NCBI GenBank assembly: GCA_965603825.1
Contig: CBFDEM010000020.1
Coordinates: forward strand, 744,001 to 808,000
DNA from: Blepharisma stoltei ATCC 30299
Lineage: Eukaryota > Protista > Ciliophora
DNA length: 64,000 nt
Direction: 5' to 3'
Under the pieces are notes generated by a model. That model made no database searches. It was not told where the DNA came from and was given only the letters and a program-made list of their open reading frames with translations. Position numbers and translations under genes: made by a program. Shown piece by piece: positions 26,227 through 39,924 of the stretch; within the stretch, counting starts at the first letter, position 1, and every line of letters starts with the position of its first letter.

Positions 26227-27065
26227 TTATTTATCAATTACGAAAGCAATATAATCTGAATTATGAATTATTTTTACTTGAATATCTATAAGTAAATTAA
26301 GTTAATTATAATTATAAAATTATTTTTTCCTTAGTATTCTAAATTTTTTATGCAAAATAATAATTAATTTAATATTAAAAATTCCTGTTAAATATCTTCA
26401 TGATGATGCTTACTCATTTTTGTTTTATAAAGAAAATCTTTTAGTCAATATTTTGATCTTGCTATGTTCTTATTTACATCCTTAAATTTTTAAAAAAATA
26501 CTTAAATCAGTGTATATAAATTAATACACTAAATAGCTCACACTGCTGCATAAATTTAGTATACCAATAACAATAATTAATGCTATTGTATGCTTTGCAT
26601 ACCCCTCAATATGTATTTTAGATGTTGTTAAAAAGATGCTAAAAGCCTTTTGCTTAATTTATTTTAGCTATGTCTTTAGATTTTGCGTATATAGAAATTA
26701 ATAAATTTCAGGTGTAAGGAAGCACAATAAATGAAAAGCATGTATAAAAATTAAATAGGAAATATATTATTGAAAACGAATATGGATTGTTAAAATGTTT
26801 TGCTCTAATTCATTTAAAATTAATCAATTTTTATTATATTATAAACTCTAAACTCTTATTGTCACGCCTCAAAAAAATCCTATAGAGCAAAATATATAAT
26901 TATAGAGATTGCTTTCTCTTTTTGAATTAAGATTTCACAAAATATCTCTTTTATAATCCACATCAACATTGAAAAGCTAAATTTTATATAAATCATGCTT
27001 AGCTCATTTAAAATTTTTAGAAAAACTCAAAATTTCCAATCAATTTCTATCAGTTATTTATAAAC

Positions 27066-28910
27066 ATGAAACAGTCAAGAAAACTCCAAGCAAGTTCAAC
27101 TGCAGATTTATCTCCTGCAACCCTAAGAAAATCCCCCGCAAATAAAATAGAAGTCCAGCGAGAACCAAGTCCTCCCCATTCTCTTGAACAAGAAGAGTCT
27201 AAAGAAAATTTTGACTTCTGGATTCCTGACCAAGCCCTAGAAATAGAAAATCTAGTAGCTTCCAAGCAAAGAACATTAGACTTATTAAACCCCAAAACTG
27301 AGCATTTAGACCAAGATCTCCAGCTTCAGCTGGAAGCCAGAGACAAATACATAAACGAGCTCAACAAATCAATTTTATCACTAAGAACCAGCCTAAAGCT
27401 TAAAGACGAAAAAATGAAGCAAGCCAAAGAATTAGCCTCAGAAACAAAAAGGCTTGAAGAAGAGCTCACTAATGAGCGAAAAATAAGGCTAAACGAAGAA
27501 AAAAAGTATTATGACTTAAAGCACGATTTCGAAAAAGCCACTGAAGCTTGAAAAGAAGAAAAAGAGTCTCTTCAGCTTCTTCAAGAAGCAGTCACAGAAG
27601 AACTAGAAGGATGCAGAGCTCAAGTCCTAAGTAAACAAAATGAAGTAAATTCAATCAAATCCGATATTATTCAAATATCTAAAATCGTTGATCAAATGAC
27701 AACCCTTAATAAAGATCTACATGAGAAAATTGACAAAATGAACGGAGATATGGAAGAGACAAATAAAAGGTATTATGAAGCTAAAGTTAAAGCTGATAAC
27801 GTAGAGGATTTTGAAAACACAATTGCACAGTATATGTCAGAACAAACCAGGCTGCAAAAAAGCAATGCGAAATTGCTAAGCCAGCAAGAAGACATGAAAA
27901 ATTATTTGGAAAATATTGAAGACACTTTTAATAAAATTAAATCAATAGAAGACAATATTAAGCAGAAGGCACAGAGCTTGCCAGGAATAAAAAGTGAACA
28001 AATTGAAGAAGAATTTCAGCATATTTCTGTTTTCCTTCAAAATATAGGAAAAAGTTTAAATGAGGCAAAATCGTCACTAAAACAAAATATGCCTAAAAGT
28101 TTCAGCATAAGCGATAATGAAGAATCTGTGAGAGAAAGAGTTGTGCAGCTTGAAGAGCAGCTGAAAATCATGAATGATAATATGAAAACTGCATTAACTT
28201 CTCAAGGCCCACTCCTTAGCCAAATCGAAGGACTGAATAATATATTGAAAAAAATGAAAACTGAGTATGACGAAAACACAGCCAAAATCCGAAAACACGC
28301 TGATATAATGAAAGAACAAAACGACTCATTTAGAGAAAAACTGGATTTAGCTAAACAAGAAATAGAAAAAAAGGAATCAGAGCTCCAAAAAACTCTTACT
28401 AAATTAGCGAACACTAATAACAGAGTTGAAACTTTGCTTAAAAGAGCAAGAGAACAGTCAGGAAAAGAAGACGAGCTTAAAAGAGAAATTTCTCAGCTGC
28501 GCACAAAGCAATCAAGCATTGCCCTGGATAAAAGAGGAAGCAATGGAGCTAATGCTCAAAGAGAATTAAAAATCAAGAAAACTATTTATCAGCTGCATGC
28601 ATTAAGAGAAGAAATTTATAAAAAGGATACAGAAGTCATTGCAAGGCAAAAAGAAATAGCTAAGTTAGAGGCTGAGCTGCAAAGTAAAAACGAAAATATG
28701 CAGAAGGCATTTTCTAAAATGAAAACTGTTGAAGCTGACATTTTAAGTAAAGTCAGCAAGGATTTAGATGAAAAAGATAAACAAATTCAGCTGCTGAAAG
28801 AGATGCTGAGAGGAGCTAGCTCAGAAGGAAGAGCGAAAGAAGGGAAAATGAAAAAGAAAGCAGAATCGTATAGTAGCTATCAGACTGATTCAAGCAAGCG
28901 CCGGCTTTAA
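27066..28910 (+). CDS. Long coiled-coil protein
   Basis: ORFs 27066..27551 and 27696..28910 are in one frame via TGA at 27549. Confidence 0.8.
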
Positions 28911-29024
28911 AAAATAATAAATATACAGAATTATGGATAATTATGGTGCTGATATAGAAAATATAATTATTGTTTTGATAAAGATAATCATATAGTAGTT
29001 ATTTTAACAGTTTATAGCAAATAT

Positions 29025-30152
29025 TTAAAACTTATGCCTCCCCATCCCTATTCCTCCATTCTGTCTCCCAATCAAGCTTGCCCCAAACTGTCCTAGCCCT
29101 CCTCCAATTTTTGCTCTGCTCGTCGCTATATTAGTAGCTGGGTTCCTCATTTCTCCAACACCAATTAAAATTCCTGACCTTGTATGAGGTCCATCTGATA
29201 AATTATGCTGATTTTCTGCAGAAAGTGAGTGTACCCTATTAATAGCAGACTTCGGGCCCATATCAACACTTAAAAAGCTAAAATTTTGCTGTACCCTAAT
29301 CCCTCCCGTAAAGAACGGATGCTGCAAACATTGGTCTGCTGATGGTCTATTAGCAGGATCCCACGTAAGAACTTGTTTTATAAAATCAATTGCGTCAGGT
29401 GAAGCATTTGGCATTAACTCATGTAAAGGCATAGGAATATACTGAGGAAAGCAATAACTCAGCTGAGTTGCTAGCCTTTGTCCTTCAGGCCAGTCATTTG
29501 GAGTGCCTAGTACAGAGCATATGCGGTTAAGCTGATCCACTTCATTAGTCCCAGGGAATAAAGGTCTCATCATATATAGCTCAGCCATAATACAACCAAC
29601 TGCATATATATCGACTTGCCAGTTATACCGCCTACTATGCAGTAAAATTTCTGGAGCTCTATACCATCTGGTAGCTACATAATCTGTATAAGGCGGCTGA
29701 CTTCTGATTTCTTTTGCAAGCCCATAGTCTGCGATTTTAAATACCCCTTCACTGACCAAAATATTATCAGGCTTCATATCTCTATGAAAAAAACCATTCT
29801 TATGTATCGCGGAAAGCCCATTCAAGATCTGCCCAATTATATCTCTCACTTGTATATCAGTACAAGGCGTTCCTTGATCTGTCATCAGCTGGACTACGTT
29901 TTTCTCGCAAAATTCAAAAATCAAATGCAAATCGTCGTTGGCCCTGATCACTTCTTTGAGCCTCACTACGTTTGCGTGAGTCACCTTTCTCAGTGCTTTG
30001 ATTTCTCTTAACTCCAAGCATTCTTCCCAGCTGTAAAATTTCTTTTTCATTCTCTTAATGGCAACAATTTCATTGGTTCCTTTTACAACTGCTTTGTAAA
30101 CTGAGCCGAAAGTCCCATCCCCAAGAGTTTTGATAATTTTATATCGGTCCAT
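29025..30152 (-). CDS. MAK: RCK-family Ser/Thr kinase (MAK/ICK-like)
   Basis: GDGTFGSV, KKKFYSWEECLELREIK, HRDMKP, PYTDYVATRWYRAPE (TDY loop). Confidence 0.93.
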   Translation of the reverse strand: MDRYKIIKTLGDGTFGSVYKAVVKGTNEIVAIKRMKKKFYSWEECLELREIKALRKVTHANVVRLKEVIRANDDLHLIFEFCEKNVVQLMTDQGTPCTDIQVRDIIGQILNGLSAIHKNGFFHRDMKPDNILVSEGVFKIADYGLAKEIRSQPPYTDYVATRWYRAPEILLHSRRYNWQVDIYAVGCIMAELYMMRPLFPGTNEVDQLNRICSVLGTPNDWPEGQRLATQLSYCFPQYIPMPLHELMPNASPDAIDFIKQVLTWDPANRPSADQCLQHPFFTGGIRVQQNFSFLSVDMGPKSAINRVHSLSAENQHNLSDGPHTRSGILIGVGEMRNPATNIATSRAKIGGGLGQFGASLIGRQNGGIGMGRHKF

Positions 30153-30270
30153 TTCGGCAACTTATTGTTATAATAAAGATCATATCATTAATTTAAAATT
30201 ACTTAAACAAATGGTTAATGGCATGATAATTTGGGATCTCTTAGTAGCTAAACCCAAGCCTATGTTAATT

Positions 30271-31734
30271 TTACTGGTTTTCAAGCTCAGGGTAGGTTTT
30301 CACTAGCTTGGAATAAATTCTTTTCCCAAATGGACTTCGCTTTAATTCTTCTAATAATGACTTCACTTCTTTTAGCATTTTTTTCAGCAGCTGTGGGGAT
30401 GCTAAACTTAACGCTCTTTGAACGACTACTTAGGAATTACCATAGTTTGCGTATTGGTCAGAAATCATCTTGGCTAGGTTATTTGGCTTTCCAATTTCTT
30501 GGATCATTGCTTGTTGGATTTCTCCTTTGTTTTGCTGGAGGCATTTCTCAATTACATTTGATGAAAACTTCTGAGTAGAGAGTTCTTGTATACTCGCCAT
30601 AAAAATCTGAGCAAGTCTCGCATTGACGTCTGGCCTGTTTAAATCAATCACATACTGCACAACATAATTCCCAAAGGCATCTTGGACCAAAACTACAGCA
30701 TTTTCCAGAATTTTATCAATCAGCATTTCTAATTGTTCAGGAGACGCTGCATCAATACACCTTTGGAGGACACAGCAGCCATGTCTATGTGTCGCTATAT
30801 CAATAACATTGCTGCTTGCAGAAACATAAATAAACTGATTATTTGCAGCTCCAAGAGTATGCAGGCATTTTTGGATGACGTGGTTTCCATTGATATCTTT
30901 AATTAAGTCAATCACCCTTTCTTTTAACCCTTTAACAATGACTTCTATATGAGCTGAGCTTGTTGTAGCAATATCAATAAGTTTTTGTACAGCTCGAGTC
31001 CCATGGGCACTTAAAGATATGGTTGAAATTTTTTCTGAAATATTTTGGATTATCAAGCCTAATGTAGGCTCCTCACAGACCTCAATAAGCTTTTGGAATA
31101 AATAGTTTCCAAAAGGATCTAGCATTAAATCACTTATATTGGCTGCAATTTGGTCATATATTGTCTGCAAGGTAAAAGGGTTTCTTTCTTCTAGTTTTTT
31201 TTGAAGCAGCCTACACCCGAACTGGTCTTTTGCCATTTCTAAAGCTTGGGTGTAGATGTGCTGAGGGGTGAACTGGGAGTAGTTTGAATAGTACTCAGGA
31301 GGGAAATGATTATTGAAATCAGTCATCCCTGAGCTAAAGGGGTTAAAAAACCCGTTCTTGGCTGGCTGTTCTTCATCTTTTATGCATTGATCGACGATAT
31401 CGTTGACTAAATGGCTTGTTGATAACGTAGATGACTGATTTTCATCATAATCTGAAAGCGATGAGTAAGTTCTTGGCTTGGAATCGAGCGATTGGAGCTT
31501 GTCACTAGATGAAGTGTCGCTGAACTGAGTAGAAAGGGTGTATTTGTCGTCAGGGCTCTCAGATTTTTCTTTGATTGAGCGTATATTCCATATATCTGAA
31601 AAGGCTGATGAATACTCTGAGGCCACTGGGAATGCAAAGAGCATGTTGGAGTCCAGTGATGGTGGAGCAGAAATTGATCTAGAAAGAGCCACTTCACCTG
31701 GATCAAGAAACGGTGGGCTATAAGGAACAGACAT
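30271..31734 (-). CDS. Pumilio/PUF RNA-binding protein (Puf4-like repeat signature)
   Basis: Eight PUF repeats (CRLLQ, NYLFQ, TRAVQ, NHVIQ, CCVLQ, NYVVQ, SNVIE, NYVVQ). The last repeat is restored only by removing intron 30426..30440; TAA at 30271-30273. Confidence 0.93.
30426..30440 (-). other. 15-nt intron
   Basis: GTAATTCCTAAGTAG; splicing restores YANYVVQ. Confidence 0.95.
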
Positions 31735-32383
31735 TATTACCTTTCTTAACTAACAGAATATTCGATTTTAGGGTTTAATGGAGCTTTTTTGAATTTTTGA
31801 CAGTAAGAATTCAGAAATTATAAGCAGATTGATAGAAAGGTAGGATATGGCCCTTATAAAATTGAAAAAATTTATTCAAATGAAATTAAAAATCTTATGC
31901 AAAAAACTAGGAATTGAAAATGATGACTAAAAGAAATTAAAATTTTGTGGATATGGAACTGTAAAAGTGATTTTTGGATTTAATTTATAAATACTCAAAA
32001 ATATTGTTTAATAAATGGTCGCAACCAGAATTGACATATTTTTGAGTATCAAAATAAATATTGAATGATGAGTTCCATTTTAAGACGTTTAAAAGTTGAA
32101 TCGTGATTTATTTGAATATAAACCCAATCATAAAACTAGAGTATTCAGAACAATTCAAAAATTTTATTTTAATCAAGTGTTGTAAGAGTAATTATATTTC
32201 TTTAAAACTAAGACAATCACCAGCTTAATTTAATCTGAAAATTTGCTTAAAACAATAAAGCATCTAATTAGTTTTTATTTCTTAAATCTAATAATTTCAA
32301 AACTTTTAGAAAATCAAAAATCAAATTAAACAATTTTTCATTTTATTGATATTTATTGAGGTTCAATTCTAAAGAATAATAAA

Positions 32384-32803
32384 ATGTTTTTACGCAGATT
32401 CTTTTCAAAAAAGATAAAGATACCTGCATATAATGTCCGTCAAAGGCAAACATATCAGCCTCTAGAAAAGGGTTTTATGGAGCCTAAAGATTATTCAAGG
32501 ATCTCAACAGATTTTATGAACAGAATTTTCTTTTCATTAAAAGAGATGCTGGAAGCCAATCCGACTGCTAAATTGCAATGAATCGATAAAGGACTGAAGC
32601 TGGAAGACACAAATTTTCTCCTAGAAGTGACAAAAGACCCTAAAAACCAAGAAATTCATTTGATGGTTGGAGATAGTGTTACACACAGCTATTCCTTTGA
32701 CAAAAATAACGAAAGATGAATAAGCAATCGAGACGGCCATTTAATCGACGAATTGATCTCAAGAGAAATTTCACAAAAATTCAAAGGGTACTTAAATCTT
32801 TAA
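32384..32803 (+). CDS. Divergent frataxin/CyaY-fold mitochondrial protein
   Basis: Presequence MFLRRFFSKK; C-terminus YSFDKNNER-W(TGA)-ISNRDGHLIDELISREIS; 139 aa with two TGA=Trp. Confidence 0.65.
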
Positions 32804-32891
32804 TTAAAGCTAAATTCTCAATTATTTGTTAAGCTATTTTTAGGAATTTGATTAATATATTTGCTAAAATATTCGAATTTTCTATATCTAA

Positions 32892-33357
32892 ATGGAATCT
32901 GGACAGTTATCAAATGTTGAACCTAAAAAGTCTGCTTTAGAAGAAAGGGCTGAAGTGCAAAGCAGAATCGCAGACTCAATATCAGAATTCAAAAGCACTT
33001 TGGAAAGCATGAAAAAATGCAGAGCTGAAAGCCAAGAAGAAAAGCAAAGGAAATTAGAAGAAAAGAAAAAGCAAAAAAGAACACAAAAACTTTTTGCCAC
33101 GAAAATTGATGGCTTGAAGAAAAAGAAAGATTTTCTGGGAACTGTAGCATCACAGTAAGGATAAATTAGGGAAATATTTTCAAAGACAACGTTTTTGGAG
33201 CATGGACCGCTATTTACAGCACATGAAAAAGATATGATTACTTCGCCTGTAAAAATTTGGGAAAAAGGACATACATGGGTTCCTACTGATGATGTAAGCT
33301 AATATGTAGCGGCATGTATATTTTGAAACAACTTTAAGGGCAAAAGAAGGAAAATAG
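32892..33357 (+). CDS. Hypothetical protein (two tiny introns)
   Basis: Introns 33155..33169 and 33294..33309 extend the ORF to ...VYFETTLRAKEGK* (TAG 33355). Confidence 0.6.
33155..33169 (+). other. 15-nt intron
   Basis: GTAAGGATAAATTAG; in-frame TAA if retained. Confidence 0.8.
33294..33309 (+). other. 16-nt intron
   Basis: GTAAGCTAATATGTAG, A at -6. Confidence 0.65.
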
Positions 33358-33809
33358 TTCGTGATGTTCGTTAATAACTTAACAATAAATTAAATATATT
33401 TAGTTTTCATCGATATATAGACCGAAAACAAAATAAATAGGAAAAATATTATTATCTTGCATGATTAAAAAGCAATTATTTTATACAATTAAAAAATAAA
33501 TAATCAATTATAAATTGCAATAATTAGACTTATTTCTTAATCTCTTATCTTTAATCAAAGATCTATCAAAGCTCGTAAAAAGATGGGGTTAAAAGCCTTA
33601 TAAAATATTACTATAAAATAAAATATATGATTTTTATAGATTGAAGGTATTTTTTAATTTATTATATAAATTAAGGGTTAATGAAAATAGAGCCAAACTT
33701 ATTTTTATATCTATTTCACTATAATATGATAAGATTTTAATATCTTATATAAAAGCAATTGATTTTTGACACATTTTCGATTGTTTGCTTCCATTGATAA
33801 TAAATCAAA

Positions 33810-34721
33810 ATGGGAAATAAAAATGTAAAAGCCAAAGAATTAGTGTATGAACTCTGCAAAAATGACATAACGTCTCTAAGTGTCACATTGAAAACCTTTA
33901 AATCTTTAGATTTTTTACTTGATATTCCAAGTGATTTGAGAGAAAAATTTAAGATTCCTTATTATTGGCACCCATCTCCTCTGCACTTGATTTGCTATTT
34001 TAAAAACTATGATTTGCTAGAATTTGTATTTGAAGCATTCGAGCATATTGATTTAAATATCCAAGACAACAATGGCTACACACCATTGATGAGTTCTATT
34101 CGAAAAGAAGACATATATTTTTGTGAAAGGCTGCTAGAATACGGAGCATTGCATACTACCAATAACCAATTTGACAATGGAGATTCTCCTTTGCACTATG
34201 CATGCGACATTGGCAATATAAATATCGTTAAATTACTTCTTGACTATGGAGCAATCATAGATATCCCAAATGCCTTAAAAATTACACCTCTCATGTACGC
34301 AGTCCAAAAAGAGCACTGAAAACTTGTCAAAGTTTTGTTATCATATAAATCAGATCCAACTATTAAAGACATTTACGGAGATACAGCGTTGCATTGGGCA
34401 ATTAAAAAAAAGGCCAAAAAAGCAATTATTGACGAACTGATACGAGGCAGAGATCTAACTGAATTACTATATGATAAAAACGAAGAAGGCATTACTTTGC
34501 TCCAGTTATGAAGAATAAACATGCCCAATGAAGATCCATTATTTTTAAACCAATCAAATACCTCAGAAACAGTTACTGATCGAACTGCATCATTTGAGAA
34601 GTTTGAAGAAGAAAATCCCATTGTGCTTGAGCCAGTTCAAAAGCCAAATATTGTATTGAAAAGTGTTGGAAAAATTATTGATTTTTTTATTACTGATGAA
34701 TTATCATGGACAAATAATTAA
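33810..34721 (+). CDS. Ankyrin-repeat protein
   Basis: SPLHL, GYTPLM, GDSPLHYAC, ITPLMYA, GDTALHWA; reads through TGAs at 34317 and 34509. Confidence 0.9.
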
Positions 34722-34833
34722 GCGGAATATAAAAGCACAGTCAAAGTTTATAAGATTATTAAAATAATACTGAAATGAAATAAGATATAAGCAGCCTTTG
34801 AAAGGCTAATATATAATTTTCTCATATTTTTAA

Positions 34834-36309
34834 ATGTCAAAGTTAAGAATCGAAGTTGACTCTTATTCCGGGCCGAAATTATCACATTCCAACCTCAAAA
34901 TTAATACATCTTATTCTCCTACACAACAGGAAATTTTTTATTTTCCTTCTGGATCTTTAAGTTCACACAAAAATTCTGTCACTTATACAGAAGATGACCT
35001 GGAATCAAATACAGATACCCGTCAAGAACAAAGCCACAATGAAGAAGAAGCTTCTCAGGATTTAAACTTTATAACCTATCTTCCTCAAACCCCAGAAAAT
35101 GAATATAAAGGCTTAATATTTGAAGCTGAAAATATGACTAAATGAGACCAAAATAGCATAAATCAAACTGACTGCATGATGCCAGCAAAAATAATTAATG
35201 CAATGAGCACTGAAAATTGCTTAATCATTGACATTAAGCCGTTGCAAAATACAAAATTAATAAAAGAAGAAAACGAAGCTTTGAAACAGTCATTAGATTT
35301 GTATAAATTTGAATGTGAAAGATATGCCAAAGAAAATTCCCAGCTTATTTGTGAAATCCAGCAAAATTCTAAAGATCTTCAAGATCTGTTGCAGGCGGAG
35401 AAAAAAATAAAGTATGAAATGAGTGGGGTTTTGGAGAGGAAAAAAGTTATGGAGGACGAGATGATAAAAATTTTGGAGCTGGTTGAAGATGCTAGTGAAG
35501 ATGAAGGAGTGACTCAAAGGAGCAAAATGGCAAGACCTGGAGTTCATTTATTTAATCATATTTGCAGCAAATTAGAAATTATAAGGTCAAGGATGCACAG
35601 ATATAGAGCGAAAACTGAGAAATTGCAGCATGATATAAACTTCCTGAACTCTACCATTAAAAATCTTGAAGAAAAACAAAAAAATTCAGACGAAAATTCC
35701 AATTTAGGAATAAAACTAGATTTAATTGAAAAGAAAAATGCTCTTCAAGACGACCAAATCGAAAGTTTGAAAAAGTCTATCAAAAATAAAGATATCTATA
35801 TTTCACAATTAGAAACCCAAATAAAGCATCTTAAACTTGAATCCGAAAAAAATTGTTCTAGCAGGCTATCACTTGCTACTGACGGATCATTAAATGGATA
35901 TAGTGGCAAACAGGCCTTTGAAGAAGAGACTAGAAAGCTAGGGAAAAGAGCTAACAGTGTTGCCCCTGAATCTGAAGAAAGCCTCCACACTGAACATTTC
36001 AACTACAATGATGTATTGAAAGATTTAAGAGAAATTACATCAAGAGCTTCTAGAGCATTAGATCAAAGCAATGTTATGAGAAAATCAAATTCGGTAAAAG
36101 CGTCTCATGCACATAGTGCTTCACCTTTTCTAAAATCAAAAGAGCCATCTCAAGCTAAGCCGCTGGCAAGAAAGCCAACTGAAGAACTCTCTAAAAAGTC
36201 ATCTATTTCTTCAAAGCAGCTTGACTATGAAAGATTAAAAAGGAAATATGGGGGAATCTCTCCTTTTAGCCCAAGGCAGATGATAAGTAAAGGAAAATAT
36301 GATGTGTAA
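34834..36309 (+). CDS. Coiled-coil hypothetical protein
   Basis: Two ORFs joined in frame by TGA at 35143. Confidence 0.75.
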
Positions 36310-36405
36310 TTACAATTTTTAATAAATATTATTTAGGTAATATGACTTATGATATTATCTAAGATCACAAAGAATTAGCTTAAACTCAAATAATTTACAA
36401 TAAAA

Positions 36406-38385
36406 ATGAATAGAGAAGAGCGAAAGTCACATCGACGTATTCCACCCCCAATAATAGAAGCCCACGAAATTCAGCATGGCCAAGGCCAAGAAGCTGCTCC
36501 ACTATATGCAGAAGACCCTATTTCTACTGAGCCTCACGATTTCCGAAATGAAATCCCAACATTGGAAGTCTCATTAGACGCCCAACGAACCCCTCAAAGG
36601 AGTGACCTTTCTCGAAACCCCCTCAGGTCTCACAATCCTCGTTACTCTTACGAACACAGCATTCAAAGTGACAGTGGCAGCATATGAGAAGACCCTCGAG
36701 CTCTGCAATTCGAAGTCAGAAAAAAGCGTAGAGAACTAGAAGAAGTCAAGCGACGCTGCATACAATCAGAAAGCGAACTACAAAACGAGCGTTTAAAATC
36801 AGCTTTACTAGAAGAGGAAAATGAAAATCTCAGGCGAGAAATCAGAAGAAAAGAAAGAGATAAAAGCGGAAATCAAAATACTGAAGGAGAAATAGAAAGA
36901 CTAAAGGCAAATTTAGCAAATAAAATAAAAGAAATTGAATTAATCACAAAAGAACTTCAAAGTAGCAAAAATGAAAGGGAAAAGCTTAAAGAGCATATAA
37001 GAGTGTCATGGCTAGATTTTGAAGCTTTTAAAAAACAAAGCGAAGAAAATGTGAGATTTATTTAGAGAGGAAGGCTGCAGCAGACTTTAGAAGAAGTTTC
37101 GGCTAACCAAAGATTTGGGTCTCAGAGTGAAGCGATTTCTCAGATTACGCAACAGAAAAATAAAATTGCGTCAGAACTGCAAAAAGCGGAGAAAAAGATC
37201 GGAGAGATGAAAAAAGTGATGGAAAATTTAGAGATAGGGAAAACTGAAGAAATGGAGAAAAAAGATAAAGAAATAAGGAAACTTAATGAGATTATATCAA
37301 AACAAGAAGAAATTATGCTATGTACTAAGATTGAGAAGGAGGAGCTCAGCAGAAAAGTGAAAAATGAAAATAAAGAAACCCAAACTTTAGTAGAAAGACC
37401 TCCAGAGGTTATTTTGCCACCGAGTACTGAAGTGGAAGAATTAAAGCCTGAAAAAGTAGTGAAAATTCGTAGTGAAAATGCGCCAGATGCTGAAGAAATA
37501 AGAGAAAGCATAGTAGAAGAAATTTTACCTCCTGAGTCTGAAGAAATGAAATTCGAATTTTCGGCTCCTTCAGAAAATTATTTTGAAAGGATCAGCTATT
37601 CAGACCCTTTTATAGCTAGTAATAATGGAAATAAGAAAAAGAAAGAAAATACCTCACATCAGACTTTTCAGCCAATTTCTAACCTTTTTGGTAGTTTTTC
37701 AACTCCTTTTGAGGAAGATATAAACCCTGAAATAACAAGAATTCCGTCTCATGATGCAATTAAATCTGAGGAACCTGAAATCCAAACTTGGTTTCAGGAG
37801 GAAACTAAAGAAAATGAGAATGAAAAAATTATAGATAATCCTCAAGTGCATTTATTTGAGGAAAAGACTAATTCTGATTATTTTTTTAGTAATGGACCGG
37901 CTGATGTGACAGATTTCTTTAATAATGTCGACCAGCTTAACTCTTGTGAGCCTCAGCCGCTATTAAATCAGAAAAATTTATTTGAAATCCAGCCTCAGCC
38001 GCCTAATCAAAAAAATTTATTTGAAATAAAACCTCAGCCACCCCAAAATCAGAAAAATGTATTTGAAATAAATCCAGCTCAGAAAAAATTAGCCGAAGCA
38101 TCTCAAAGCACAAAACAAGCTAATCAAAAAATGTTTGATGAAAACATAGAAAGTCTATTTAATTTAAACTCAAACCCATCAAGTTTCCCTCAATATAATC
38201 AAAATATTGAAAATAGATTTGAAATTCCCAAAGCTCACAAATCTTCTCAAAGTCAAATAATTACTAAAACTTCTAGCTTTATGCCTGAACCTCAAGAAAG
38301 TGCTGAGGATTTTTTTTCTAATCTAACAAACAACAAAAATCCTGGCTTCGCCTATGGAGGCATCCCAAGCAGCTTATTTGATTAA
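36406..38385 (+). CDS. Coiled-coil protein with disordered acidic, Phe-motif-rich C-terminus
   Basis: TGA at 36685 and intron 37051..37065 join ORFs 36406..36687 and 37207..38385. Confidence 0.75.
37051..37065 (+). other. 15-nt intron
   Basis: GTGAGATTTATTTAG; in-frame TAG if retained. Confidence 0.88.
37951..38091 (+). repeat. Coding tandem repeat of about 39-42 bp (PQPxxNQKNLFEI x3)
   Basis: cctcagcc...aatcaRaaaaatNtatttgaaat occurs three times. Confidence 0.8.
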
Positions 38386-38410
38386 TATATTTTTATGCTA
38401 ATCAAAATAA

Positions 38411-39775
38411 TTAACTTATTAGCCTCATTGCCAATGCAAAATTCGGAATCAATTCAAGTTCTTGCAGCGTTTTTCCATCAGATAAATCAAACACCCTAGC
38501 AGGGAATGTTGACCTTAATTCATATCTTCCTTTTCCTTCTCTATTTTCATCAATATACCTTTTCAGTGTCTGAAGTGTATCAGAGAATCATAATTTTATT
38601 ATAAGATTTCTCATTCCAGTCTCAGTTTTAATCCTCAGCGTTGTAATTGTTTTGGCTGCTTCTTTATTATTAGCGCCCTCAGGAGTTTGAAGATAATTAT
38701 CAATATGGGTTTTTACTTCAATAGTCCCAGCTTTTCCTTTATCAAACATTTTTGATATATCTTCTCTTATAGGAACAATATTGCCATTTCTTATGACGTT
38801 TTCAGGCAGCTGGTCTAAGAATTGGTCTTTTGATAACAGTCCGTTTCCAGGGTCATTTGCCCCAAAAATATTGCTGGAGCCTGCTTTATACATTTCTTCA
38901 GTTTTATCGACAAGCCTGAGAGGTATTCCATCAGGGTATTTTCTTTTTAAATCATAAGGAAAATACCCATCTAAAATATCGCTCAAAATACTTTGGGCTT
39001 CATTAGAAGAGTAAGGTTTAAACTGAAACCCTTGCAGTATTAATCCGTTTTTATAAAACGCTATAGAAATGCTTTCAGGGGCTTTAAAACGGTGAACAGC
39101 CCCTTCAGCGACCCATCTTGCAGCGTCTTTTTCAGCGATCATATTAAGTTCTTGAATTCTTCGTTCAAGCACAATAACATCGATTTCTCTAGGCAAGTTA
39201 TATCTGTATACAGGCTCATTGCTTCCTATATCTTGCTTTAAGCTATTTATATCAAAATTCCCTTCTTTTTGTCCGCCGACCCATTTTAGTCCATAGTCTG
39301 ATAAGAAATGTTCCATTTCACTGATTTGGCTTCTTAATCTATCATTTTCTTGCTGCAGTTTTGTATAGGCATCAACATATTCAGGAGAGCTTGTAATCTT
39401 TAGTGTTTCAATTTCATTTTGGAGACCTGAAATTATTGTACTTTTTTCTTTTATTTCTTTTCTTTGAAGCTCAGAAAGCTTTTCTACTTTAGAGAGTTTT
39501 TGAGCCATTTGGCTGAGGAGATCAGTATCTGAGGCTTTTGGTTTCGCCTGAGGATGAGGAGGATTTGATGATCTTTTTCCTGTATAATTTTGCTGATTTT
39601 GGATTGTTATGGGTTTTGATGCTGGATAAAGATTACCTGGCAATCCTCCTGGTGGGAGAGCTTTTTTAAAATTTTGGACTATTTTATTGGTTGTTTTATC
39701 GTCTAATAAATCAAGAATGTCTTTGTTGTTAACGTTTCTTGAAATTCCTGGGATTCACTCTCCTTCTTTTTCCAT
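38411..39775 (-). CDS. UBXN11: UBX domain protein 11 (Socius-like; coiled coil-SEP-UBX)
   Basis: EMEHFLSDYGLKWVG, SEP (FYKNGL..ILSDILDGYFPYDLKRKYPDG), UBX (LRIKT..YELRSTFP..TLQELELIPN). ATG at 39775, TAA at 38411. Confidence 0.88.
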
Positions 39776-39924
39776 ATTATAATATTCAAATTTTAATTAT
39801 TGAAATTAATATTTTTTCTAATTTAAAACTGCATTAAATCTGTTAATAACACTATTATTTATAACGATAACAATATTTTTAATCTATTTTTGTAGCCATG
39901 ACATCAATATATGTGATATGACAT

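Noticed and set aside
26227-27065. Long AT-rich spacer as an IES or transposon remnant
   Set aside because: No terminal inverted repeats or ORF seen; consistent with a divergent promoter region
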